Positions 38,670 to 52,787 of a DNA stretch of 64,000 nucleotides are shown here, in pieces. Both the position numbers and the translations under genes were made by a program. The notes under the pieces are model-generated. The model did not search any database, was not told the DNA's origin, and saw nothing but the letters and a program-made list of their open reading frames with translations. Source of the DNA: Ginglymostoma cirratum (taxonomy: Eukaryota); NCBI GenBank assembly GCA_024137785.1, contig JAHRHZ010000266.1, forward strand, positions 198,738 through 262,737. Reading direction: 5' to 3'. Every line of letters starts with the position of its first letter. Position 1 is the stretch's first letter.

Positions 38670-39865
38670 GTGGAACAGTACAGGTCCTTCGGCCCATGAC
38701 GTTGTGCCGACCTATTATCCTACTAAGATCAATCTACCCTGCATACCCTACATTTTACTATCCTCCATGTGCCTGTCCAAGAGTCACTGAAAAGTCCCTC
38801 ATGTATCTGACTCCACTATCACCACCAGCAGTGCATTCCACACACCCACCACTCTCTGTGTGAAGAGGCTACCTCTGACATCACCCCTAAACCTTCCTCC
38901 AATCACCTGAAAATTACACCCCATCTTAATAGTCATTTCCACCCTGGGAATAAGTCTGTAGCTATCCACTTTATCAGTGCCTCTCATCATCTTGTAAACC
39001 TCTATCAAGTCACATCTCATCCTTCTTTAGTCCAATTAAAAAAAAAATGCCCTAGCTCCCTCAACCTTACATCATAAGACCTGCCCTCCAGTCCAGGCAG
39101 CATCCTGGTAAATCTCTTCTGCAACCTCTCCAAAGCTTCCACATCTTTCCTATTAATGAGATGACCAGAACTGAACATAGTATTCCAAGTGTGGTCTAAC
39201 CAGGGTTTTATAGAGCTGCAGCATAACCTCACAGCTCTTAATCTCAATTCCCCTGCCAATGAAAGCCAACACCATATGCCTTATTTACAACCCTATCAAC
39301 TTAGGTAGGAACTTTGAGGGATCTATGGACGTGAACTGCAAGATCCCTCTGTTTCTCCATACTGCTGAGAATCCTGCCTTTAATCCTGTATTCTGCACTC
39401 AAATGCAACCTTCCAAGTTGAATCACTTCACATTTTTCTGGGTAGAGTTCCATCTGCCACTTCTTTGCCCAGCTCTGCATCCTGTCAATGTCCCGTTGCA
39501 ACCTACAACAGCCCTCCACACTATCCACAACTCCACCAACCTTCATGTCATCGGCAAACTTACTAACCCACCCTTCCACTTCCTCATCCAAGTCTATTTA
39601 TAAAGATCACAAAGAGCAGAGGCCCCAGAACAGATCCCTGTGGAACACCACTGGGTCACTGAGCTCCAGGCTGGATACTCTCCATCTACTACCACCCTCT
39701 GTCTTCTATTGGACAGACAGTTTTGTATCCAGACAGCAAAATTTCCCTGAATCCCATGCCTCCTTATTTTCTCAATGAGCCTACCATGTTGAACCTTATC
39801 AAATGCCTTGCTAAAGTCCATATATACCACATCTACTGTTCTACCTTCAATGTGTTTCATCACAT
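38670..39865 (-). mobile_element. CR1 LINE 3' fragment, frameshifted
   Basis: VYMDFSKAFDKV, SKFADD; same subfamily as 248-1335. Confidence 0.9.
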
Positions 39866-41639
39866 TGTATGTGAGAATTAGAGGTGTTTAAGGTGTGTGG
39901 CAAAAGTAACAAAAAAGTGCTGTGAGGAAAATCGATATGTAGCGCGTGTTTAGAATCTGGAACACACTGCACGTGTGGTTATGGAAAATTCAATCCTGAA
40001 ACAGAAATGGATAACTATTTGAAAAGAGATTTTCAGGTCAGAGAAATGGATCTGCTCTTTCAAGGCTGAGAATGAAAGGTTTTGGGTTCTCCTGCTGTGC
40101 TGCATCAAGTGCATGATGCCATAATCTTAAAATTGGAAGCAGACTGTTTAGAATGGAAATCAAGAAGCACAATCCTTTCAACAAAGGTAACGATTTCTCC
40201 ATATCTATTCTGCCCAGATCGGTCATGATTTGGAAACACCTTAAATCAAGTCTGCTCTTAGTTGTTTCTTGTACAAGGAAGATGGTTCTGGTTTTCCCAA
40301 TGTATCTACATAACTCAAGTTTCTCATCTCTGGAATCATTCTTGTGAATCTTTTCCCACACCCTTTCTAGTGCCTTCTGTTCCTTCAAGTATATTTCTTG
40401 AAACATACGAACTAGGGCAGTAGGAGGCCATTGGGCCCTCCAATCCTCCCTTACCATTTAATAAGATCAGGACTGTTCTGTTATTCCACATTCCCACTGA
40501 TACACAGAAACCCTTCACCCTTCTGCTTATCAAGAATCTACCTACCTCTGCCCTAAAAATAATAACGACTTTGCTTCCACTGCCTTTTGAGGCAGAGAGT
40601 TCAAAACATCTCAATCCCTCTGGGAGAGTACGGTTCTCATCTCAAAGTTAAATCACAGAAGCATTACAATGCAGAAGATCATCAGTCTATTTAGGTCTCC
40701 TGTGTTTTCAGTGAGCACCAATGTGATCAGAACAAACATCTGAATGAAGTGTTTGCAGCTCAAGGAACCTTGGATCCGAGTCAAGGAGCCAGAATCTGAC
40801 TTGTAGATATAGCACCATTTCAGGACAGGGGAAGTTAGGAACAAAAACAGAAATTGCTGGCAAAGCTCAGGAAGTCTGGCAGCATCTGTGAAGAGAAATT
40901 AGTGTTAATGTTTCGGGTCAAGTGACCCCTACCTCGGAACTGGGAATGGAGGGAAAATTACCTGGACACTTTGATCCAGAAAACTGTCACATCCCTCAGA
41001 TTAGATCATTCAAATTTGGACTGTGATCAGGGACAGGAGAGTGTGACTGCTGGTGAGGCAGGGCTGAGGACCAAGGGAGTTAAAATTGAGGACTCTTAGC
41101 CCATGAAATCATCCGACAGTTATGAGGTTCTTACAAGAAGTGCAGATAAGAGCAGGACTGCGAGGAGGATGAACAAAATGACCATGGCATCTTGATAAGG
41201 GGAGCATACAAGTTGGAGAAGAAAATAGGAGTGTACTTGTGGTAGGTGACACTAAAATTCGGATACAGATAAATGTTTTCTGCTGCCATGAGCAGGAGTC
41301 CAGAAGGCTGTCTAGTGTTATGTACAACATTGGTAGGAACAGAAAGGAGATTTTACTGAAAGACTTGGTACACTTAGGACCTAAATTGAAAGGCAGAACC
41401 TCCAATGCAATAATCTCTGGATCACTACCTGCGCTGTGGACAAACTAGTATCGTATTTTTAAAAAGTGGAAGAGTTAAATATGTGGCTCAAAGATTGGTG
41501 TAGGTAGAATGGATTTTGGTTCATCAGGCACTGACAAGCTAACTAGCAGTGTGCCACAGGGACCGGTGCCGGGGCCACCACGGACACACAAATGTGAAAA
41601 TGCCATGTTTGTGGGTGACAAGAATAGGTGAGAAGTCAA

Positions 41640-42900
41640 GTGGTGGGGATGACCCAAAGAGTCTGCAGAGTGCTATAAAAATTCATTCTTGGCATCAAGA
41701 TTGAAACTTGGGAACAACAACAACAACTTTCGGGATAGCAACCTTGTACGCATATCTTTATAGTGCAATAATGCGTGTTCTTAGATCTAAACAGACATGC
41801 AGAGTGCTGTCTTTTGTCAAAACACAAGTAATAGAGCTGCACCAAACTACGTGATGCTCAACTTTACAAATAATGTTTTGTATCAATGAACCCACATGCT
41901 TGGGCACGGTACACTCACAACCTCTGATCACCAGATCCTGGAACATGCCTCGCTGAAGTGAAAGACTTTAAACGAGAAGCACAAGAAAGAAAAAGCAAAA
42001 GCAAATGGAAGTGAATGTGCTCCAGAGCTCAAGTGCAGCACTGCTATTCTGCTACCATCTTTTGCATGTTATAACACATACTATGCATTATAGTTTTAGG
42101 GTGTATCATTGGATGCAGGTAACAGTTTCAATATTTCTGATGGCATCCACGTGGTGTATCAAATTGACCACATGTACTGCCTGACTGGGGTCTGTAAACT
42201 GTAATGCTGTTGTTACCTCTTGGATTTTGACAATACGCTTACTTGCCACGGACAGGGTTTGGAAACATCTTTGGCATTGCTGTTTGGTTGGCTCTTCCTC
42301 ACACGGTCTTGTGGAGAATTGTGTTGCACTCTGGGTTTCTTTGTGCACTTGGATTTTTTTGCATGTTTTAGCCCAATGTCCTCTTGTAGAGCATAGCTTG
42401 TACACGTATGCGTACAAAAATGCTGGACGTGCTTTAGGTGGAAGAGATACTCTCCATCTTGTACAAGGTTAGGTGATATTGATGATCTGGTACAACAATT
42501 TCAGCCAAACAGTCAAGCACCTATAGATGCCGCTGACCATTCTGACTGCTTTTGCAAAACAAAGGCAATGCCAGTTCCATGAGCCTTTCATGGAAGGTTG
42601 ATTCTGTGCCTTTGCATCAAAATCTGCCAATTAATTTGTTTTCACTTGGCTGCTGACAATAGGACACGAGCTCAAATCTACAAATCCAGAAGTTGACTTA
42701 GATCTTAAAAACTGATCTTCTAATATTAGAAAATATTGTCATCAGGATCTTTGTGGTAATCTTTAGAAACACCGAGGGTTTCATTTTTCATGATCTTTCA
42801 TTTCCCAAACTGATAAGAAGTTTGACTGCCTGTCTTATGTTTTCAGACATTCATTGATTTATGAAGTGAAGATTCATTCTTCCTTTGAATAACTTAAATT
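41640..42900 (-). mobile_element. Decayed Gypsy gag/RT remnant
   Basis: Zinc-knuckle-like CSTRGHWAKTC; RT start IICKVE...W.S.I..V..KD.TL.VCLDLR. Confidence 0.6.
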
Positions 42901-43557
42901 CTAACAGTGTCACTCGACTGCCAATCCATGTTCAGATGTTTCTATCCTTATTGTACTGCTCTTTAGAAATTACAAACACAAGTATAATGCTTTTTTTTGT
43001 GGCTGTCATTGGCACTGCTTCAAAAGGTTGAAGTCTTATTTATTTCGTTTTTTTAAAAGAAAAGGCTGAGCTGAGCTTGAATGTATTGGCAACTTGGATG
43101 GCGCTTTGCAGCTCAAACCATTTTCTGCTTTTACAGTATTTTTGGAGAAAACAAAGAATCTATGAACAGGTAATCCTTAACAATACTAAGAATACCATGC
43201 CATCTTGTTATCTAGGTGTCTGAAAGGTACAGTGCCCTTTGAGGTCATGTAATAAGAAGCCATCCAACACATCATCTTCAGGTAAGCAGGATGCACAATG
43301 AATACTTGCCTATAACAGATGTAGGCACAGACATACAGATCGACAGAACACATTAGATACATTTAAAGTGTTTAGACTCATTTGCATTTATAAATGTATT
43401 AACACAAAGTTAAATAGAGATACGTATAAAGTTATTTTCATAGAATAATTATGTCAGGTTTAGAAGCTGGTGGATCCCATGATGCTCCTTGACTTTGATC
43501 TGGGGAGCAGTGCAGCCTCAGTTAAACAGATTCAGTACTTACTGTAAACACTCAATC

Positions 43558-43592
43558 CTAATGTGTGCTCACAACAGCTGCATAGATTACAT
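43558..43592 (-). CDS. Gene A: last coding exon with ITIM, DVIYAAVVSTH*
   Basis: Acceptor tctttaattgcag, phase 1, VIYAAV fits the ITIM consensus, TAG stop; donor gtaagt 15 nt after the stop. Confidence 0.68.
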
Positions 43593-44815
43593 CTGCAATT
43601 AAAGATACTGAAATTAGAGCTGATTATAATTATAATGCAGTTTGAGGGTAATGTTTAGTCCAATATCAGCCCCATCAGGGTGAAGATAGTTTAAAAAAAA
43701 GTGGGGGGTGGGGGAGGTGGGGAGTGCATTATGTTGATATTGTACAGGACATTGGTAAGGCTTGTTCTGGAATACAATGTTCAGTTCTGGTCACTATGCT
43801 ATAGGTAGGATATTATTAAGCTGGACAGAGTTTAGAAGAGATTAATAGAATGTTGCCAGGAATGGAGGGTTTACATTATAAGGAGAGGCTGGGACCTTTT
43901 TCACTGGAGTGTGTAAGGTTGAGGGGGGAACCTTATGGAGATTTATTAAATCATGAGGTGTATAGGTAGTGTGAATGGCAGGTATTTTTTCCTGGGCTGG
44001 CAGATTTCAAGACTAGGGAAGATATTTTTAAGAGGAGAGGAGAAAAAGAGTTTAAAAAGATATGAGGCAATTTTTTGTTTAAAAAGACACAGGGAGTAGT
44101 TAGTGTGTGAAATGAACTTCCAGAGGAAGTTGTGGATGTGGGTATAGTTACAACAATGTAAAAGACATATGAATAAGAACATGAATAAAAAATATGTTTG
44201 AAGGGATATGCGCCAACCACAGGCAGGTAAGACAAGTTTAGTTTGGGATTGTGTTCGGCATAGACCGAAGGGTTTGTTTCCATGCTGTATGACTATGACT
44301 CAAAGACAAATGTGTTCATGGTGGAAGTGGCACCAGAAAGAGAAAATTAGTGCTTAATATCAAACACAGGAAGTTACAATATTTTGCTTACTTTAAAGAG
44401 AGTAGTCTGTAGACAAAGACAGATATTGTTAAAAGTGCATGATGGAACACACAGAAGAGAAGTAGAGAAGAAAATAGATGACAGAGGTGCATCTTTATAC
44501 CCATATGTAATTATTCAGACAGATAAAAAGGAGTGAATGCAGTTGACTTGCACAGAATGTACAAGAGCAACGTAGGACAGATAGAGGAGGGGATCCATGG
44601 CAGACACCCATCTGGGATGAGGACGTTTTGAATGAATAGATGAATTATGAAACTTTCACAATATAGCCAAATAGAATTGGGGATCCAATGACGGAAAAAT
44701 GAATCACCTAGTCCAAACTAGCACCACTTCACAGAGGAGAATGCTCTTCAGGGGGAGAGCAAAGGGGAGTTGGAGAAAAAGTTAGTTATAGGACTTTAAG
44801 TACAAACAAACTCAC

Positions 44816-44872
44816 CTGCTTCAGAATCAGCAACTATGAAGTTCCTGCTGCTTTGAACTGATGGAGAATGTT
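44816..44872 (-). CDS. Gene A: 57-nt cytoplasmic exon (E)HSPSVQSSRNFIVADSEA
   Basis: Acceptor ttgtctttaataatag, donor CAG|gtgagt, open only in phase 1. Confidence 0.62.
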
Positions 44873-44946
44873 CTATTATTAAAGACAATAAATTTTAAAC
44901 AGTAAATATCACAAAATGTGTTGAGCATCAGCTTAAAGATAGTTAC

Positions 44947-44988
44947 CCTTTCTGCTGCAGTTGGTGATGGTGCAGGTAACAGGCTGTG
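44947..44988 (-). CDS. Gene A: 42-nt cytoplasmic exon (A)QPVTCTITNCSRK
   Basis: Acceptor tgtttgtgttgcag, donor AGG|gtaact, 74-nt intron to the next exon, phase 1-1. Confidence 0.5.
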
Positions 44989-45849
44989 CTGCAACACAAA
45001 CAGCATTCACTCTGAAACTGCCCCATTATAACAGCTTTCTTACCTCGAGAAGCAATACATTTTACAGTACCAGAGCATCTTGTATTTATAGCACGCATTT
45101 GCCACATCCTAATGGTTGCATGAGGAGCAGGGAACCATTTTACATCGAGTCACATAAGGTACTATTAGAATTAGTATGTTAAATTAGTGTGGTTAAGCAA
45201 TTAATCAGGAAGAATGAATTAATTAACTATATAAAGGGGGAAACAGATGGCATTAATGGAAAGAGCTGTAAGATCAAATTGTTAATAAACTCTATCCTCA
45301 AAGAAAGGTGTCTTGGTTTCCGATTCATTGATTAGCTAGGATCCAAGTTGGCACAATGATCAGGTAGTGTATAGCATTGAGAAGATGCACCGTAGCAATT
45401 TGCCCAGCACCTATGACCTTTACCGGCTAGTACAACAACAGAGGGATGGGAAAATCACAGCTCCAAGTTCCTCTTGAAGTCACACCCCATCCTGATTTTG
45501 ATCAGGTGTCTGTTATTAACTGACACATTTTTCCCCACAAAACTCCACTCAATTTGGCATGGTTTGATTAAATCTTACTTAAGCTTCTCTGTTCTAAGAA
45601 GATTAGCTCCCAAACTCCTGAAGACTCAACCCTAGAATTATTTGACTAAATTTTCTTTCTACTAAAACCTTGACACCTCATTTTAGGGAAGGTGTTAAGA
45701 ATTAGCCAAGTTTCTCCAGCTGCGTTCTAAAAGATGTTTTATAAAGTACGATATCCTTGCTTTTGTAATTGATCTCAAATAATCCTCCGAGCTTCAAATT
45801 CTTCTGAATGTCCCAGAGTCCTACTCTTATAACCATTCTAAAATTGCAC

Positions 45850-46120
45850 CAAACACAGAGAAAGCTGGAGAAACTCAGCAGCTCTGGTAGCATCTGTAAA
45901 GAAAGAGAATTAATGTTTTAAGTCTGGTATGATTCTTCTTTGTTCTGACAACCTGTAATACCGGATTTGAAACATTATTTAGAACATAGGGTCATACGGG
46001 ATTCAAAATGTTAACTCTTTTTTTTTTTTTTTCCTTTTTCTACAGATGCTGCCAGACCTGTTGAGCTTCTCCAGCAATATCTATATTTGTTTCAGATTTC
46101 CAGCATTCTCAGCATTTTGC
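45850..46120. mobile_element. Degenerate fold-back of a second Penelope pLTR family; single arms at about 40840-40940 and 51385-51515
   Basis: gctggagaaactcagcag...agcatctgt inverted against acagatgctgccagacctgttgagcttctccagc. Confidence 0.6.
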
Positions 46121-46755
46121 CTTTATATAAAGTTGTACAACTTTGATTATATCATCTCATTTCATTCAAATCAATATCAAAATACATCACTTGTCTGGCC
46201 ATTTTCACCAGCATATATCCTCCAGAGCCTATTGGCACTTTCCACACTTTTTGATGGACAATGTATAAACCCAAACAACTGACCTTCATAATGCCCTAAA
46301 AAATTCAATTAAGTTCATCAGACATGACTGTCCTCTAACAAATCCATACTGAGGGAATGGTACTGGTTGGGACTCACATTATGTAGCAGCTGGTCAGGGG
46401 AAAATTCATCGTCATTTAAAACTGAACCGGGAGCTCTCATTTGGGATTAATCTCTGACAGTGGGGCAGGAACGAATCCTAGATGTTGAACAGTTTCTCAG
46501 TGCAGCATCAAACACTCCTTACTCAGGTTACCAGACCTTCAATGAAAACAGCTCTTAAAGATATGGGGGAGTAGGAGTGATCTCAAACTATATATTTTCT
46601 CAATATAAGAGCAGACACTGACTCACAGTTTTCTGCAGCACTGATTGTGAATTTCTTGCCACCTTTAACGAAGACAAAGGGTTCTGTTGGTTCCATGATA
46701 AAATCTGAGTAAAAATTAGACAACAGCTCAAAATCGTTAAGGTGAAGCCATTTAC

Positions 46756-46803
46756 CTGTTCTGTTGCTGTCAATCTTGGCATAGAAGCTGAAACCATCCT
46801 GAT
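46756..46803 (-). CDS. Gene A: 48-nt cytoplasmic exon with ITIM-like motif, DQDGFSFYAKIDSNRT
   Basis: Acceptor cattcctgtttgtgttacag, donor CAG|gtaaat, phase 1-1; SFYAKI fits SxYxxI. Confidence 0.65.
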
Positions 46804-47345
46804 CTGTAACACAAACAGGAATGATAAGGGGACATTCATCAGCAGGTTTGTCCTTAGATATCAGCAATGGCTCAGTAGACACCACCTCTGAGTTAGAAGA
46901 TTGTGGATTAAATCCCATCTCCAGAGGCTACAACATAAAATCTAGGCTGACACTTCAGAATTGTGTTGCTGGGATGAAATCTGTATGATTTAGACATATA
47001 TAGATTATTCTAATTGTTAGATTTTGGAGTTAAAAATAGTGACATTTGAATGGATTTTGTTTTGGTGGGTTTAAAAAAACCTGTTCAGATACTGTTTGTG
47101 GAGCAGTGTCAGAGTGCAGAAAACTCTGGGGTGTCAATGGAAAATCATTTATCCCCAGGTGGTTTAGAACAGGAGAATTAAATATTGATGGTCACTACGT
47201 TGTTTTCAGTTTAAAATAGTCAAAGATTAATGTTTTGGTTGCAAACCTCAAAGATTGAATATTATTAAGGCAGTCTAAAAGAGATCTGACTTGGAACAGA
47301 CCAAGTATAGTATTTTTCTTTCAGAGCAGCTAAGGAAATAGATTA

Positions 47346-47448
47346 GGTGTGGAGCTGGATGAACACAGCAGGCCAAGCAGCATCATAGGAGCAGGAAAGC
47401 TTGACGTTTTGGGCCTAGACCCTTCATCAGAAAATTTTCTGATGAAGG
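47346..47448. mobile_element. Penelope pLTR fold-back running into a 400-N gap (47449-47848)
   Basis: Perfect palindrome centre ccttcatcagaaaa|ttttctgatgaagg immediately before the gap. Confidence 0.8.
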
Positions 47449-47848
47449 NNNNNNNNNNNNNNNNNNNNNNNNNNNNNNNNNNNNNNNNNNNNNNNNNNNN
47501 NNNNNNNNNNNNNNNNNNNNNNNNNNNNNNNNNNNNNNNNNNNNNNNNNNNNNNNNNNNNNNNNNNNNNNNNNNNNNNNNNNNNNNNNNNNNNNNNNNNN
47601 NNNNNNNNNNNNNNNNNNNNNNNNNNNNNNNNNNNNNNNNNNNNNNNNNNNNNNNNNNNNNNNNNNNNNNNNNNNNNNNNNNNNNNNNNNNNNNNNNNNN
47701 NNNNNNNNNNNNNNNNNNNNNNNNNNNNNNNNNNNNNNNNNNNNNNNNNNNNNNNNNNNNNNNNNNNNNNNNNNNNNNNNNNNNNNNNNNNNNNNNNNNN
47801 NNNNNNNNNNNNNNNNNNNNNNNNNNNNNNNNNNNNNNNNNNNNNNNN

Positions 47849-48315
47849 GAATGGTAGGCCTAACATACGATGAACGGCTGAGGATCCTGGGATTGTATTA
47901 ATTAGAGTTTAGAAAGTTGAGGGGAGATCTAATAGAAACTTACAAGATAATGCAGGGCTTAGAAAGGGTGGAAGCTGGGAAGTTGTTTCCGTTAGGTGGG
48001 GATACTAGGACCCATGGGCACAGCCTTAGAATTAGAGGGGGTCAATTTAGAATGGAAATGAGGAGACATTTCTTCAGCCAGAGAGTGGCGGGTCTGTGGA
48101 ATTCATTGCCACGGAGCGCAGTGGAGGCCGGGACGTTGAATGTCTTCAAGGCAGAGATTGATAAATTCTTGATCTCGCAAGGAATCAAGGGCTACGGGGA
48201 GAGTGCGGGTAGGTGGAGTTGAAATGCCCATCAGCCATGATTAAATGGCGGAGTGGACTCGATGGGCCAAATGGCCTTACTTCCACTCCTATGTCTTATG
48301 GTCTTATAGTCTTAT
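47849..48315 (+). mobile_element. CR1 3' end
   Basis: RGDLIETYKIM...RRHFFSQRV..LWNSLP; tail gtcttatggtcttat. Confidence 0.9.
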
Positions 48316-51300
48316 CTCTGTTTACAGATAATTAGAAGATGAGAAAGTCTTTGTGCTTATTCATTAAGACAACTTCACAGTTCAGAGAAAAGAAACTAGG
48401 AATAAACAGTTAAGTCAAACATAATATTTGATAGAAAATCACTATAATGCGTTGGTGTTGTAAAGTAGGTTTGTACTGCTGTATGGGCAAATACTTGACA
48501 ATGGCAAATGCAATATAATGTGGATAAATGTGAGGTTTTCCATTTTGGTTGCAAAAACAGGGAGACAGATTATTATCTGAATTGTGGAAATTTAGGAAAA
48601 GGTGAGGTACTTAAGTTTCCATAATAAGAATAACATTCATTACCTGGTGCATTCAACTGAGGGGCTTGATCACTCTCATGAGTGCTGGGTGAGCCCACCT
48701 CCTTCCTGAAAAATATACGAGGAATTGAAATGTAGTATTTCTTGCGTTACTGGTAAGTAATACAGAGTATGTAATGCAGATTTCATACTTGAAAGTTTTA
48801 CCTGAAAATTTCATACAGGTTTATTCAACAGCTCAGAATAAAACTTGCGGTGACAAATAACTGTATACACATCTGGACACTAGCTTCTGCTGACTGCACA
48901 TGGCAGTTGGTCAAGTAATTTCATCCTACCACTGACTCATTAGCACTCGTAAAGCAGCGCAGCACTTAAACGAATAGTACTGGACTGCTGCAGGTCAAGA
49001 TGGCAGCTCGCCAACACCTTTTCAGGGCAATTAGGGATGGGCAAAAAATGCTAGTCAGTCAGCAATGTCTGTGTCCCATGAGAGAATAGAAGCAAAAGCA
49101 AAACATTTTTTATTCCAAGTTGTAATTATGTACATTAAAAGTGAAAATAAATTCAGGTAGCTGAAAAACTATTTACACAGAAACAAAAATTGAAAAATTT
49201 AAGAGCTTGATTATCTAAGAGTCTGTATACTCTATTGATGGTTTGGTAATCCCAGCACATCTTGTGCAGGTGTTACCTTCCTGAATTTGTAGTTGTGATA
49301 GAAGCTTTGTTGTTAATATGTTGTTTGTCATCCTGATGGAAGATGCAGGAGCAGAGGTAGACCATTTGGCCAAATGAGTCTATTCCACCATTCAATGAAA
49401 TCATGGCTGATCTGATTATTTTCCACTTCCTTCCTGCTTTATCCCCATTATCCTTAATTGCCTTACTGATTAAAAGTCTGTCCATCTCAGCCTTGAATTT
49501 ACTTAATGACACAGCCTTGATAACCCTCTGCAGTAAATAATTCCACAGATTCATTAATCTCTGACAGAAGAAATTTCTCCTCATCTCAGTCTTGAATATG
49601 CAACCCCCTATTTTGAGATTATGCCTTCTGGTCGTAGACTCATTGAAAGCTCATTTTTTGTATTTTGTACAACTGAAGTACTGTACAGTTCCCTGAGTTG
49701 GATTCTGTTTCTCCTTAATGGTTTTATCAGGTGTTGTAGATTGTGAGGATTTAGGGTCACAGGCTACATTTAATACCTCTGCAGGTAAACATGTTTCCTG
49801 TGTAGGATGTGTGACTTCAGCCTTCTTCCAACATGTAAATTAAGCAGTTCAGTACATGCACGTAGGTCATGTAACATTTTCATTCTCCCTTGTTCAAGAA
49901 TTTTTCCAATATTTTTGAGAACTCAGAGGCATGTGCAGGCTTGGCAAGACTATACTAACTTGCATTGCAAATATGGGTTCAGCATCATTAGCAGAGATCG
50001 TGTCCAGAAGGATAGCCATTTTGGTTCCAGGTGTGTAGCAGCCATCAATGTCATATCCCTGTGCTCTTACAAGAAGTTGTTGTGTAAATGGTGCTCTTGT
50101 CCGTGGTTTGTGCCAAAAATTTCCAATGTTTATGATTGATTTCTAAAATGAGCAGATTACTATATAAGTATATAGAAACATAGAAGATAGGAGCAGGAGG
50201 AGGCCATTCAGCCCTTCGAGCTACTCTGCCATTCTTCATGATCATGGCTGATCGTCCAACTCAATAGCCTAATCCTACTTTCTCCCCATAACCTTTGATC
50301 CCATTTGCCCCAAGTGCTATATCTAGTCACCTCTTGAATACATTCACTGTTTTGGCATCAACTACTTCCTGTGGTAATGAATTCCACAGGCTCACCACTC
50401 ATCGGGTAAAGAAATGTCTCCTCATTTCGGTCCAAAATCATCTACCCCGAATCCTCATACCGTGACCCCTGGTTCTGGACTACATATATCATCTTTTGAT
50501 ACCGAATATTAGAACATGTGTTTCACACTCGATGATGGAATCATTGGATTTAGATCACAATAGGTTTTTGGATCCAAATACAATTGCCTTGCCTTCTTGC
50601 ATGATACACATTTCTAGCCCGTGGAGATGCTTTGACTTCCAGAATTGTCTTCTTCCATGGGGTACAGTACTGTAGGATATACATTTCTGCTGACAATGCT
50701 TATTCAAGTGTGCTGATGGTACTCCTGCCACCTATATGGTATGTTTGTCCTTAAAATCCTCCTAACCAGAATGCTTTCTCAGGATAATTTGGTATGTATG
50801 ATGCTAGAAAATTAACATATTGGAGACATCTCTGAGCGTTCTTTATCTTAGGAGTACTCAGGTGTGTACATATTTGACCTTGCCAAAGTGAGAGTGGACC
50901 CCATAACCTGAACAGATGGTGCCAAGGAAGGTTGAGCTGACATTCACCTGCCACTTTTTGTTGCTGAAGGAAAATCCTTCACATTGAGCTGCTGCCATTA
51001 AGGAGAATTAGAATAAGACTTTATTGTCACATGTACTCAAGTACAGAAAACAGCAGTACAGTGAAAAGTGTACAAGTTGCCATTCTCCATCGCCATCTTG
51101 GTTATACATTTGATTACAAAACCAGAATTAAGGAAAAGCAGAAATGAAAGAAACAAAGCCAAAAGGAATGAAAAAGGTCCAGAGATTGGAGTCTTAATTA
51201 AGTGTAATTAAGATTTAATTAGATTTTGGTAATGCTGTTCTTTCATTTTTACTATCAAAGCAATGTCATTGATAATCCGCATACATCGAGAATATTTTCA

Positions 51301-52447
51301 ATAAGTCCATCAATGTGGTGCTAGAACAGAACCTGACTGACAAACTGAAAGGCAGTTTCTGGATGATCTTCTAAGTGGTACAGTAAAACAAAGAACTGCA
51401 GATGCTGGAAATCTTAATCAAAAACAGAAATTACTGGAGATACTCGGTAAGTCTGACAGCGCCTGTGTAGAGAAAGCAGAGTTAACGTTTTGGGTTCAGT
51501 GACTCTGTTTCAGTTTTTGTTGTGATCTTCAAAATGGTGTTCTGAGAGTAATGATTTCTTGACATCTGTTAGCAAATGGACTGATCAATATTTGCATTTG
51601 ACATCTGACTTGAGAAGAATTTAGCACCTGGGAATTTTAGTTCCAATCTTCAAACGTTGGAATTTTGTGTGGCATCTCTTTAGAGAAAGTTTTCAATGTC
51701 CTCTGCTGAAACATACCCTGATTGTGTAATCTTTCTCCAGCACATCTGCAATAGAAGTGCACCAGCCTCTGTGCTGACAAACACAATGATAGTGTCATTG
51801 TGCTGTATGTTGTCAGCTTACTCTTAACCTCCTCATGCATGTGAATGCTGCATGTTCTGGGACAGTTGACTAATGTAATTATATCTTCTCTGAGATGCAA
51901 AACAGCATCACCTTCAAAGATTGCCATGGCATAAAATCTATCTGGGTACAATTGTTGCAAGTTGCAGACGGACTCAATGAAAAGATTCTCAGTCTCTTCT
52001 GCTGCAGTTGTTCTTCTCATTGATTGAATAGTTCCAGATATTTTATATTATCTTTGTGAGCTCATGGGAGGTCATAACCTTGGGATCCCTGCACAGCAGA
52101 ACACCTGCTACTGCTGGAATGCTCATATCCTCCAGATTGAATACTTGTGGATTCCATGCAGAATTACCATGGCTGCATTTCATCGTCAATGTAGCAGTGC
52201 AATGGATAGGTTTCCTCTTATATGTAGTTACGGGTTGTATCACCTGCTTAACCATTGCCTTCTCAAGGGCGGTTAGAAATGGGTAATAAATTCTGTCCCA
52301 GACAGTGAAACCCACATCCAATGAATGAATAAAAGGAACTAATTCGTCCAGTCATCCAACAATCCATCTGCATATCCTTCAAGGTTCTGGTAGGTACAAT
52401 GTTAGCTGGCAAATAGCTTCTAACTTAATGGGGGCGGGGTGGTGGTG

Positions 52448-52787
52448 ATGGCATCGTGGTATTATTGCTGGACAGTTAATCCAGAGACCAGATAATGTTC
52501 TGGGGACCTGGGTTCAAATCTCACCACGACAGATGGTGGAATTGACTTCAATAAATATATGGAGTCTGGAATGATATCCATAAATCCATTGTTGATTGTT
52601 GGAAAGACCCATCTAGTTCACTAATGTCCTTGAGGGAAGGAAACTGCCATCCTTACCTGGTCAAGCCTCCATGTGACTCCAGGCCCACAGCAATATGGTT
52701 GACTGTTAACTGCCCTCTGGGCAATTAGGGATGAGCAATAAATGCTGCCTAGCCAGCAACACCCCCACCCTGTGAATGAATAAAAAC
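52448..52787 (+). mobile_element. Near full-length tRNA-derived SINE
   Basis: A box tggcatcgtgg, B box ggttcaaatc, tail gggcaattagggatgagcaataaatgc...gaatgaataaaaa. Confidence 0.8.

Noticed and set aside
46583-46918. 111-aa ORF as a retroviral protease remnant
   Set aside because: No DTG/DSG motif; better explained by the 48-nt ITIM exon inside it
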